This document shows, in pieces, positions 24,442-33,495 of a stretch of DNA of 64,000 bases. Below the pieces are notes generated by a model, which ran no database searches, was not told the DNA's origin, and was given only the letters and a program-made list of their open reading frames with translations. The stretch lies in the IMG/VR virus record IMGVR_UViG_3300044641_009805, positions 62,001 to 126,000 of that record. The stretch is one strand, 5' to 3'. The translations under genes and the position numbers were made by a program. The number at the start of each line of letters is the position of its first letter. Within the stretch, counting starts at the first letter, position 1.

Positions 24442-26328
24442 TCAGATGATGTTCATGTCGAGAACCGTGACCGTTCCGTAGAAGTCCGAACGGACCATCT
24501 TCTTACCGTAGCGGGTCATCACGCCCTTACGTGGTGTGAAGTCCTCTGGTGCGAAGATTGTTGGTGTCACGATGAGTGGAACGTATGGTGCGTATACGTA
24601 GCCTGTCTCGAGGTAGCTGCCACCCTTGTAACCGACGAGGATCTTGTTACGTGGGAAGTAAGGATCCTTGTAGACCGTGAAGCGGTTGCTGACCGTGCCG
24701 ATTGCCTCTGCACCGATTGTGAAGGGGCTGCCGACCTGACCTTCACCGTCGATCGAGAACTTGGGCTTGTAGAGGACCGAGCTCTCGAGGATTGTTGCAA
24801 CGTCTGGTCCTGTGACCATGAAGTTTGCTGATCCGCGGAGTGTCTTGCGGTGGATCGTGTTGGCAACGTCGATGACTGTCTCAACGAGCGTCTCATACCA
24901 CTCGCGAACCGTACCGGTGAATTGTGGTCCGATTGAGAGGCTTGAGGCGAGTGTTACAGGCTGTCCTGTTGTCTTGTTGACGAACTTACCAGGAGCGCGT
25001 GACCAGTAGTAGTTGGCGCCGTTGGCCTGTGTGACGAGGTCGTTGAGGATCTCGCGGTCGATCTCGAGGGCGATCTGCTCCGAGAGGATCGAGGTGAGCT
25101 CAACCTCTGCGTCCATGCTGTGGTAGGCGTTGAGGTCCTGTGCGAGCTCTGGTGACCAGCGAGCACGGAGCTTGCGGGTTGTTGCTGTGATTGCAATCGA
25201 CTCGATCTTGATGTCGATCTCTGGGATTGCTGGTGCTGGTGTTGCTCCGAAGTCAGACTCGAATGAAGGTACTGTGAGAGTTGCACCAGTCGAAGCGACT
25301 TCGAGTGAAGCTGCCTTCGAGAAGGTGACTCGTCCAGCGCCTGAAGTGAGAACTGACAATCCATTTGCTCCCTTGATAACGAATTGGAGATAGTTACCAT
25401 TCAATGCATCAGGAGTGAATGTATGTGCTGATGTACCGCCACCCGTGAGAGTGCCGCGCTTCGTGAGTCTACGGAGGTTGAGTACGCCTGTTCCTCCTTG
25501 GAATGTCTCGCCCCATGCTGTTGCGTTTGCTCCGAATCCGCTGAATACCGCGACCTGTTCAGCCGAGAGGAGGTCTGCTCCTGCTGCGGTGAATGCCGTC
25601 GTAGGAACGTAAACGAAGAGCGCATCGAGCTGATTGGCTTCGATAGAATTCTGAACCTGCGAATCAAAATCCATGAGACGTGCGTTCGAGCCGCTGAAGT
25701 CAGCTAACGTTGCAACGGTTGCACCGTTTGACCAGGTGAGTCCGTCAACTCCCTTGTATGAACCTGAGTAGACCGTGCCTGCTGAGAAGTCGAATGTCTG
25801 AAGTGAACCAGTTACTTTTGAGTAACCTGCTCCGACAAGATCATACATACCACCCGTCGCGAGTGATCCGCTTTGAACCCCTCTGCCTGTTGGGTTGTTG
25901 TAGATTGATTGACCTCTTGTATAGGTCGACTCTCCTGATGCTCCTACTGCCTGTCCAACGTTCGTACCGTATGTGTAATCGAGGTAGAAGATGAGACCTG
26001 AGGGGAGGCTCATTGGCTGGATCGAAACGAGCTCGTTTGAAACGAGACCGCCGAATACGCGGCGGACGATTGGGAATGCGATGTTTGTGAAGCCCTGGAT
26101 CTGTCCGCTGGATGTCACGTTGCCGCCGCCTGTTGAGAGGCTGTTGCTCTCCTTGAGGACCTGTGCTGCCTGGTTCTCAAGAAGCTGTGCCATTACTTCG
26201 CGACGTGTGCCATCGAGGCCACGGAGGAGGCCTGTGCGGCTCCACTTCTCTGTAAGACGGGCACGCTCGGCGCCTACGTGACGCTCTTTGATGCCCTGTG
26301 CAAGCTGATCAATTGTAAAAGATTTCAT
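24442..26328 (-). CDS. Major capsid protein (T4 gp23-like)
   Basis: QPMSLPSGLIFYL, TRKLRARWSPELAQDLNAYH, EIDREIL, YAPYVPL, FTPRKGVMTRYG. Confidence 0.97.
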   Translation of the reverse strand: MKSFTIDQLAQGIKERHVGAERARLTEKWSRTGLLRGLDGTRREVMAQLLENQAAQVLKESNSLSTGGGNVTSSGQIQGFTNIAFPIVRRVFGGLVSNELVSIQPMSLPSGLIFYLDYTYGTNVGQAVGASGESTYTRGQSIYNNPTGRGVQSGSLATGGMYDLVGAGYSKVTGSLQTFDFSAGTVYSGSYKGVDGLTWSNGATVATLADFSGSNARLMDFDSQVQNSIEANQLDALFVYVPTTAFTAAGADLLSAEQVAVFSGFGANATAWGETFQGGTGVLNLRRLTKRGTLTGGGTSAHTFTPDALNGNYLQFVIKGANGLSVLTSGAGRVTFSKAASLEVASTGATLTVPSFESDFGATPAPAIPEIDIKIESIAITATTRKLRARWSPELAQDLNAYHSMDAEVELTSILSEQIALEIDREILNDLVTQANGANYYWSRAPGKFVNKTTGQPVTLASSLSIGPQFTGTVREWYETLVETVIDVANTIHRKTLRGSANFMVTGPDVATILESSVLYKPKFSIDGEGQVGSPFTIGAEAIGTVSNRFTVYKDPYFPRNKILVGYKGGSYLETGYVYAPYVPLIVTPTIFAPEDFTPRKGVMTRYGKKMVRSDFYGTVTVLDMNII

Positions 26329-26381
26329 TCTTATATTCTCCTATAAACAAATTGAAAGATTAATCTACATGCCCTCAAGCA

Positions 26382-28286
26382 TCACTTAGCTATGCCTGCG
26401 AGCTTTGCCCAACGCTCTGCTTCATAACCCTCGTTGAGGGGTTGTGCCGAAGCCGAACGTGTTGCCTGAGAAGAAGATCCAAGAACGCGACCTTCTGTTA
26501 CAGGCTTACGCGGAGCTGCCAATGTCTTGGCGAGGCTCTCATATACAAGCTTCACTTCGCGGAGCGTGGCTGCTTCATCGAGCTGCGCAATAACCTGCGA
26601 TTTCTGGCGCGAGGTTAAGGCTTCTGATTGAAGAAGCTTGTTCGTGAACATGAGCTTGGCGTTGAGCAGATTCGTTTCTGCCAACTTGTTGCGGAGCTGA
26701 ACATCGCCTGCGCTCGCACCAGGTTTCACGTTGCTATTAGAGCGAACGTTGCTTGGACGCTTTGCTTCAGCAAGCGCCTCTGAAAGTTTGTTGAATCGTT
26801 TAACAGATTCGTTGTAACGCTTTGCGAATCCCGTGTAGGCTGCCTTGTGAGCATCTCCATGACGAGCAATTTCCTTGCGTTCAGAAAGTGTGCGGGTCTT
26901 GTTGAACTTTGCTTTAGATGCCTCATAAAGGCGTGCTGCGCCGCGAGCTCTTGCACGGAGAGACTCTTGAAGCTTTAGCTCTGCGACCATCTGACGACGG
27001 ATTGACTCACACTTAGCTGCTTCGTCGGCAGGGTTTTCAGCTCCCTCTTCATCTTCGTCAGCTTCATTGACTGGAGAATCAGACTGGACATTTGGCTGCT
27101 CAGCTCCTGAAGGCTTTGTTAATGAATCAGTTCTTTTAGCTGCTTCACCCTCTACGCCATAGGCTTCGTAGGTCTCATCCGTCATGCTAGCTTCGTCGAC
27201 TTCACTCAATGTCATCTCAAGAGGCTCGCCTTCTTCTTCGGCGTCGCCGAAGTCGTCAAACTCATCTGATCCAGGGGCTTCTCCCTTGGTTGAAGGAACT
27301 GCCTCTTCACGAATAGCCTTCATGCGTGCAATTTCACGACGTAACATGCCTTCGTCGATCTCGACAATCAAATTATCGTTGAGACGACGAGATTCTGTCG
27401 TCGGCATATTAGGCATAGACATTTCTTCCATGTCTTCTTCGTCCTCAGCGCCTTCTTCGTCATCTCCGCCGAGGTCTTCCATGTCATCGCCACCCTCTTC
27501 CTCGCCACCGAGGTCTTCCATGTCTTCGCCTGCTTCTTCGTCTTCCTCTTCGCCGCCTCCGGAGACCAAATTGACTCCAAGGCTCTCGAGGTCGACGTCG
27601 TCAGGAACTCCTGTTAATTCAATGCTAATTGTTTCTTCATCCAAACGACCATTTCTCTTCTTCATTTTAATCTCCTGAAGCTTTTCTAGTTTTTTTAAGC
27701 AATTCTGTATTTTAAGGTTACAGCTCAACTTTTGAGTTGAACTTACGATACGCGTGTTTGCATGTTCATAAAGCTCTGAGATCGTTTCTTCAAGAGAAGA
27801 GACTTTGTTTTCAAAGCTTTTTGATTCTTTCATGCTTTGTTCAATTGATGATAACGAATCGATCATCTTTTCGACATAGCGTAACTTTTCTTCAAATTCG
27901 CGGAGCGTTTCGTTCTTGCTCTTCGACGCGATTATCTCCATGACATCTTCAAGCGTTACCTCGGAAGCGGTTTGGTCCTCTTCAACTTTTTTCTCATCTT
28001 CTTCTGAGGTTAATTCGCCAATTGACATGGACATTTCGTTATTTTTAGCTTCAGGTCCTTTTTTAGTAGGATCATCTGTCAATATTTTATCATGATTTTT
28101 ATCATCATGATCATCCTCCGCAGACATGTCTGCGGAGGATTCTTCCAATAACTCTTTTTCTATCAGCTCACGAATTCGTGGAGCAACTGCCTCGATAACT
28201 GCTCTTTTAGCGTTATCTTCAGCTATTTCTTTTAGTTTTTTTACGTCTGCTATTGCTTCTTCGTAGAGCTGTTTAGACATTTTCAA
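26382..28286 (-). CDS. Prohead core/scaffolding protein
   Basis: Acidic coiled coil immediately upstream of the capsid gene; LAETNLLNAKLMFTNKL; many [LIV]xE sites; ends ERWAKLAGIAK. Confidence 0.8.
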   Translation of the reverse strand: MKMSKQLYEEAIADVKKLKEIAEDNAKRAVIEAVAPRIRELIEKELLEESSADMSAEDDHDDKNHDKILTDDPTKKGPEAKNNEMSMSIGELTSEEDEKKVEEDQTASEVTLEDVMEIIASKSKNETLREFEEKLRYVEKMIDSLSSIEQSMKESKSFENKVSSLEETISELYEHANTRIVSSTQKLSCNLKIQNCLKKLEKLQEIKMKKRNGRLDEETISIELTGVPDDVDLESLGVNLVSGGGEEEDEEAGEDMEDLGGEEEGGDDMEDLGGDDEEGAEDEEDMEEMSMPNMPTTESRRLNDNLIVEIDEGMLRREIARMKAIREEAVPSTKGEAPGSDEFDDFGDAEEEGEPLEMTLSEVDEASMTDETYEAYGVEGEAAKRTDSLTKPSGAEQPNVQSDSPVNEADEDEEGAENPADEAAKCESIRRQMVAELKLQESLRARARGAARLYEASKAKFNKTRTLSERKEIARHGDAHKAAYTGFAKRYNESVKRFNKLSEALAEAKRPSNVRSNSNVKPGASAGDVQLRNKLAETNLLNAKLMFTNKLLQSEALTSRQKSQVIAQLDEAATLREVKLVYESLAKTLAAPRKPVTEGRVLGSSSQATRSASAQPLNEGYEAERWAKLAGIAK

Positions 28287-28308
28287 AAATTCTCCATTTC
28301 AATTATTG

Positions 28309-28803
28309 TCATGTTGATGAATCAGAGGTTCCCATTTTGGTGGCACCATTCAGCATCAAAGATCCAATTTTCTTAGCGTATTGTGCTGGTGAACGAGTGC
28401 CAGTTGCAGGACCTCCAGGGACATAGTTTGGTTTAACATCGACTGCCTTTATTCCAGGATCTGCGGACTTGTCGACGCCATCCGTCTTTCCAGGTCCAGG
28501 TGATGAAAGATCTGGTGTAAAAGAATTAGCAGGGTCTCCAGGATTTTTCCAAGCGCCATCAGCACCTGCTAATATATCTGGAGAATTTTCGTAGTTAAGA
28601 CTTACCTTGGGACCAAAGAATGCGTCGCCTGTCGTTGAAGAAGGAGCTAGATATGCATTGCCTGTGCTAACGACAGCTGCTCTATACTCATTTTCTTTTC
28701 CAACAAAATTTGCTGTCGGGGATTCTGGATACAGCTTGCTCATTAAATTATTTTTTGCGTTCGATTCCGGTGCGTACACCGTGTATTTCCCTTGTCCAGG
28801 CAT
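28309..28803 (-). CDS. Head-module hypothetical protein (Gly/Pro-rich)
   Basis: AGGAGG SD; position in head operon. Confidence 0.75.
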   Translation of the reverse strand: MPGQGKYTVYAPESNAKNNLMSKLYPESPTANFVGKENEYRAAVVSTGNAYLAPSSTTGDAFFGPKVSLNYENSPDILAGADGAWKNPGDPANSFTPDLSSPGPGKTDGVDKSADPGIKAVDVKPNYVPGGPATGTRSPAQYAKKIGSLMLNGATKMGTSDSST

Positions 28804-28830
28804 AATTTCCTCCTTAAAGATTAAGTAAGG

Positions 28831-29067
28831 TCACTTGTTTCGAAGAGCTCTTTTTGCTTCACGAATTTTCTCTAAACGTTTCACTAATCTAGCTTCTTCA
28901 AGACCAAGTGCCTTGTAATAATTATGAGGATTCTCAATAGTATCTGCAAATTCATCAGCATCTACTTCTTCGGCATCTTTTGCTGCATCTTCTGTGCTAC
29001 GTTCTGCCTTAAATTTTGCGACCTCTTGCATGATGATTCTCTTCAACAAATTCGATGTTAGTTTCAT
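28831..29067 (-). CDS. Small head-module protein with MKLT motif
   Basis: MKLTSNLLKRIIMQEV; AAGGTG SD. Confidence 0.75.
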   Translation of the reverse strand: MKLTSNLLKRIIMQEVAKFKAERSTEDAAKDAEEVDADEFADTIENPHNYYKALGLEEARLVKRLEKIREAKRALRNK

Positions 29068-29124
29068 AAAAAGACACCTTTCGTGCAAATATATAGGCTA
29101 AGTATTCTAATCTATTTTAAAACA

Positions 29125-29550
29125 TCAAAATTTCTTTGATGTGTCCATAAACGCTAGCGCTGCCCATTTCGACGCTGCTTCATCCCCAAATAGTTCTTCT
29201 GGATTTGTAGAAGCTACGATTCTTTCTACAGAACCAACCGGTTGTGGTGTGTGATTGTGACCTTCATTCATTAACATGTTTGGTAGTGTAGTTGAAGCTG
29301 TGTCAGCTAAAATTGCAGCAAGAATAGGATCACCTTTAGACTCTGTCTTTATGACTTCGCTTATTCTTTTCTTATCCATTATCTGATTTCTTTGGCCATA
29401 AGAAATCATATCAGCAGGTTTTTTATGCACTTTTTTTTCTTGAAAAGCGAATGACTCTTTTAATTTTGTGGAATTTCCCATGCCTTCGGATAAAATTTCC
29501 ACAAGACATTCTTTCACTAGATCTTTCAGTTCATTACGAGTCATTTTCAT
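29125..29550 (-). CDS. Head-module protein with MKLT-like motif
   Basis: MKMTRNELKDLVKECLVEILSE. Confidence 0.78.
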   Translation of the reverse strand: MKMTRNELKDLVKECLVEILSEGMGNSTKLKESFAFQEKKVHKKPADMISYGQRNQIMDKKRISEVIKTESKGDPILAAILADTASTTLPNMLMNEGHNHTPQPVGSVERIVASTNPEELFGDEAASKWAALAFMDTSKKF

Positions 29551-29580
29551 ATGGCTGCTTCCTTTTTGACCCTTACAATA

Positions 29581-30189
29581 TTACTTCTTTGTAGATAAAA
29601 TATCATTAATAATTCTATTGATTCTGTCAGAACGATTAAAAATTCCTCTTACCTCAGAGGGATTTATTGTTTTTCCTTCTGCCATCATGAACGCACCTGG
29701 TGTTGATGGTTCAGAAACATAGTCCCAACAGATCAATTGAAAATCATCTTGAACTATCTGATAATCGCCTTGCTTTTTTGTAGAACCAACTCCTCTAGAT
29801 GATATTCCTAATTTTACTCCGCTTTCGACTAAGGATTGTAGTATCTTACCAGAAGGGGTGTCTAGAATTTCCACGCTTCCATAGACGACATCTCCGTCTA
29901 AGTATGCTTCACGAACTATATGAGAAACATTTTTTAAATTTACCACTGAAGAATCAGGATGATCTAACTCTCCTAAAGCTCTATTTTCAGCTATAAACTT
30001 TTGATAGTTTCTTATTTCTCTTTCTAGAATATTTTTCGGGTAGATTCTGCCATTTTGATTCAAGGTATCTGCTTTTTGCAGAATACCTTTCATCAAGATT
30101 TTTCCATCGTTCTTTTCTCTGGACTCTTTTATAGTTTCAGAAGAATAATCAAATATTTCATAAGAATTTAAGAGTTTCAAGTCAGACAT
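29581..30189 (-). CDS. Prohead protease (T4 gp21-like)
   Basis: NQNGRIYP, ALGELDHP, VSH, GISSRGVGS, WDYVSEPS. Confidence 0.95.
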   Translation of the reverse strand: MSDLKLLNSYEIFDYSSETIKESREKNDGKILMKGILQKADTLNQNGRIYPKNILEREIRNYQKFIAENRALGELDHPDSSVVNLKNVSHIVREAYLDGDVVYGSVEILDTPSGKILQSLVESGVKLGISSRGVGSTKKQGDYQIVQDDFQLICWDYVSEPSTPGAFMMAEGKTINPSEVRGIFNRSDRINRIINDILSTKK

Positions 30190-31051
30190 TTGACCCTCCT
30201 GAAGTTAGTTCATCAACTAACTTTGCGTATAACATGTATTCAGAAATAGTGGAATCGTTAACTTCATTTAACGGTTCGAACAACTTATTCTTTACTTCTA
30301 ATAATTTAGTGTTCAAATACTTTGAAGATTCTTTTGACTCCAGATAATCATTGATAGATTCCAATAATCTTTCTCTTATTTCACTCAATTTTTTTAAGAT
30401 CGTAGAGCTGTCGTCATTGGCTGTAGCAAAAGCATAAGCTTTGATAAGAGATTTTTGATCAGACGTAAGAGCTCCATCGTATTTTTCGCTTAACTTCTTC
30501 ATCATGACTTTCATAAGAAGACGATTCGTTCCTACTGAGTTTTCGTTGACCTTTTCTTCTTGCAACTGACTCTTTGGAGAAACAAGCCACTTCATCAATG
30601 CTTCTTCATATTCAGCTGTTTTTTGCAAGTCAGAATTAGGGTTCCTCCAACTGTTGAGCAAATTCTGTATTGTTGCAAACATCTTGTATTCATTGATATG
30701 CTGGTCATAAAAATTATCGTCTTTTAATTGGTGGTTTATACTCCTAATTAAAATTGATTTTTCTCTGTCTAATTCATGCATATCATGACTTCTAGCAGCG
30801 TTTTTTGCTTCAAAAATTATTGAAGCAGCAATTGATTCTGATCCAACTGTAGTTTTCATTAAAGCATTTATGAGTCTAAATTCTCTATATAACTCAGTAC
30901 CAGATTTGAAATTTTGCTTAATGATTTTAAGCGCTTTTGATGATTGAGGTTTGTTATTTTCTACGAGCGCTTTTGATATGGTTTTAATTAGAAACTCGTA
31001 AATTAATCCAGTATTTCTTTTTTTATTATGTGAGGATGACATTCTGGTCAA
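30182..31051 (-). CDS. Head-module hypothetical protein
   Basis: HNKKRNTGLIYEFL; lies between portal and protease. Confidence 0.8.
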   Translation of the reverse strand: MTRMSSSHNKKRNTGLIYEFLIKTISKALVENNKPQSSKALKIIKQNFKSGTELYREFRLINALMKTTVGSESIAASIIFEAKNAARSHDMHELDREKSILIRSINHQLKDDNFYDQHINEYKMFATIQNLLNSWRNPNSDLQKTAEYEEALMKWLVSPKSQLQEEKVNENSVGTNRLLMKVMMKKLSEKYDGALTSDQKSLIKAYAFATANDDSSTILKKLSEIRERLLESINDYLESKESSKYLNTKLLEVKNKLFEPLNEVNDSTISEYMLYAKLVDELTSGGSNV

Positions 31052-31093
31052 TTCCTTTCAACAGTTGAATTACTCTAATGAATAGATATACTT

Positions 31094-33082
31094 TCAGTCT
31101 TCGATGTCAAGATCTAAAGCCGCTTCCTCGTTAGATTCTGTTAATAATCCTTCTTTATTTTTTTGAATCTTCAAAGCTACTGTCATCTTTTTTAGAGAAG
31201 ACATTACATCAGGAGGAAGACTTGTCACGTGATAAGTTTCGTTTATCGACTCTGATAATCCTAATGGATCTTTAAATTGGTTTTTTAACCACTTCGTATC
31301 ATACGGGTCATTCAACGCTTGATGAGTTGACGTCATTTTTACGAAATCTGGTTCATGTAGTTGCCATTTTTTTCTTCTAGAACTATCATACTGCGCTTTT
31401 TTATTGCTGTATTTAGTCTTATTTGATTTCTTTATGGGTAGCTTGTCTTTTTCGTATAAATTTGGCATTTGTTCGGGTTCATCTACCGATAATAGCAACT
31501 TTGCATCAGGAGATGCATCATCTGAAGGTTTATCTCCTGCAAATAATCCGCCTCCTCCGCCGCCTGCTTCTTCTTCTTCGCCTCCTGCTTCTTCTCCAGC
31601 AGGCGCTTCTTCTTCACCTCCGCCTGCTTCTTCTTCGCCACCAGCAGGCGCTTCTTCTTCACCTTCAGGTTTAGCAGCTTCTACTTCAGCATCAATGATC
31701 TTTTCTTGCTTTCTTTGTTCATTGATTGCAAGAATTTGTTCGTCATTCAATCCCCAAATTTCTTTTTGAATAAATCTTTTGCTTCCCATTCCTTCAGGTA
31801 AAGCACCACCTATTTCAAACTTTGATCTCCAGAGTTCTAGCTTCTGTTGTTGGGCAACAGTCGAAGGGTTAGAAAGACGTAAAGTAAAGTTTTGTAAATC
31901 TTCGTTGTCAAATCCATTTGCATAAAGATGTATAATCGCCAACTTATTAAGTTCAGAAACAATCGTCTTTTGAACCACATTTATCGTTCTAGAAAATCTG
32001 ATATCTTCTTGAGCTAATGTAGCTTTTGAAGACAACATTTCATCATATCCCAAATAAGCTCTTGGAATTTTTAATGCGGCAAATAGCTTTTTTTGAATGT
32101 AAGCTACATCTTCAACCGAAGCTGCATTTTGACCACCTGCCAAGGTGTCAATCTTTGTTCCGCTTTCTCCGCCTCTCACTGGAATGAAATAATCATCTTC
32201 TACACTCAAAGGAGAATATCTTAGATCGACCCTACCTGTGTTCCTATCAACAACTTGATTAGTTCTAAGGTTCTTTCTTTGTTCTTCAACGTACATTGGA
32301 ACGTTCTCGGCCGGAATATTCGCAACGTCTACGTAAAATACACGACGTTCTGGTGCGCGGACAACTCTATACACAAGCATAGCGTCTTCAAGAAGAATTA
32401 GTTGACGCCAGATTCTTCTGGCGGCTTCTATGACTGAAGATCCATAAGGTAGAAACATGTCATTTCCGATGTACCTAAAATGAGAAATTTCCCAATTTTC
32501 TAATGTTCTATTTCCCATAGTCGTCCAACGATATCTTACTGCAAATGGATCTTCTCTATCGTAATTTTCTTCTCTTTCAATTTCGTTTACTGGAATTGGG
32601 AATGCGTTGATAACTCCTTGCGTGGGAGATACATCATTATAGAGAAAGAAGTCTCCATACTTAACCAAATTTCTAGCCCATGAACGTAAGTTAAATTCTA
32701 CATTTAGAGTGTTGTAGAATAGATCTTCTAATATCTGTTTTATTTTTTCGTTATCTGAATAAATGTGAAGTACTCTACCCTTTTCATCTTGCGCGCATGT
32801 TTCGTCGGCGTAGATATCGAGCGCCGCAGCAATTTCAGGCGTATATTCCATCTCTGCAAAATCTTGATATCTCATCAAACGTTCTGACAAGTTATAAGAA
32901 TTTGCAGTTATAGTAGAATAAGTGGGAGACATTGAACGCTGAAACAACAAGGCCGCTGACGATTTAGCTTTGTCAGCAACCGCTATTGTAGTGTCTAATG
33001 TCCGAATCTTTCTCTTGACTACAGGACCGCTTTTAAATAAGCGAGTAAGACGCTGAAATAAATTTTTTTCTTCTTTTGCCAC
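31094..33082 (-). CDS. Portal protein (T4 gp20-like)
   Basis: QLILLEDAMLVYRVVRAPERRVFYVDV, EDDYFIPVRG, IDTLAGG, LFAALKIP; acidic Gly/Glu tail. Confidence 0.96.
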   Translation of the reverse strand: MAKEEKNLFQRLTRLFKSGPVVKRKIRTLDTTIAVADKAKSSAALLFQRSMSPTYSTITANSYNLSERLMRYQDFAEMEYTPEIAAALDIYADETCAQDEKGRVLHIYSDNEKIKQILEDLFYNTLNVEFNLRSWARNLVKYGDFFLYNDVSPTQGVINAFPIPVNEIEREENYDREDPFAVRYRWTTMGNRTLENWEISHFRYIGNDMFLPYGSSVIEAARRIWRQLILLEDAMLVYRVVRAPERRVFYVDVANIPAENVPMYVEEQRKNLRTNQVVDRNTGRVDLRYSPLSVEDDYFIPVRGGESGTKIDTLAGGQNAASVEDVAYIQKKLFAALKIPRAYLGYDEMLSSKATLAQEDIRFSRTINVVQKTIVSELNKLAIIHLYANGFDNEDLQNFTLRLSNPSTVAQQQKLELWRSKFEIGGALPEGMGSKRFIQKEIWGLNDEQILAINEQRKQEKIIDAEVEAAKPEGEEEAPAGGEEEAGGGEEEAPAGEEAGGEEEEAGGGGGGLFAGDKPSDDASPDAKLLLSVDEPEQMPNLYEKDKLPIKKSNKTKYSNKKAQYDSSRRKKWQLHEPDFVKMTSTHQALNDPYDTKWLKNQFKDPLGLSESINETYHVTSLPPDVMSSLKKMTVALKIQKNKEGLLTESNEEAALDLDIED

Positions 33083-33140
33083 GTTCTATAACCCTACGTA
33101 TGAATATATTACTATAGAGTTATCTTGGGTAATAAATTCT

Positions 33141-33449
33141 TCAATCAACATCTTTAGTTGGTTTAAAAGTTACTCTTTGCTTTTCGGCCATTGTTGTTGA
33201 TTGTGGCACGTAGCTTGTAGGATTCTCTATCATTTTTTCAAGAGTGTCCTTCACGTTTTTTAAATGAGGAGTCAATGCATTAATAGCATCGGCGGTTGCA
33301 TTCTGTTCGAAATCTATGATTTCTTCATATAAATCTGCTGCAGAAGAAATTAAAGATTTTACCCCTGAAGAATCCACTCCTTCCATTAGTGCTTCTTTTT
33401 GTAGCAAAATTTTTGCATGAAGTTCAACAGAATTTAACTTTTTTGGCAT
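33141..33449 (-). CDS. Hypothetical protein
   Basis: ORF between terminase and portal. Confidence 0.7.
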   Translation of the reverse strand: MPKKLNSVELHAKILLQKEALMEGVDSSGVKSLISSAADLYEEIIDFEQNATADAINALTPHLKNVKDTLEKMIENPTSYVPQSTTMAEKQRVTFKPTKDVD

Positions 33450-33495
33450 ATTAGTCTCTTTTATCGTAACAGTAATGTCAAATATTTATTACGCT

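Noticed and set aside
31550-31670. Short tandem repeats in the portal gene
   Set aside because: They simply encode the low-complexity GGEEEA acidic tail
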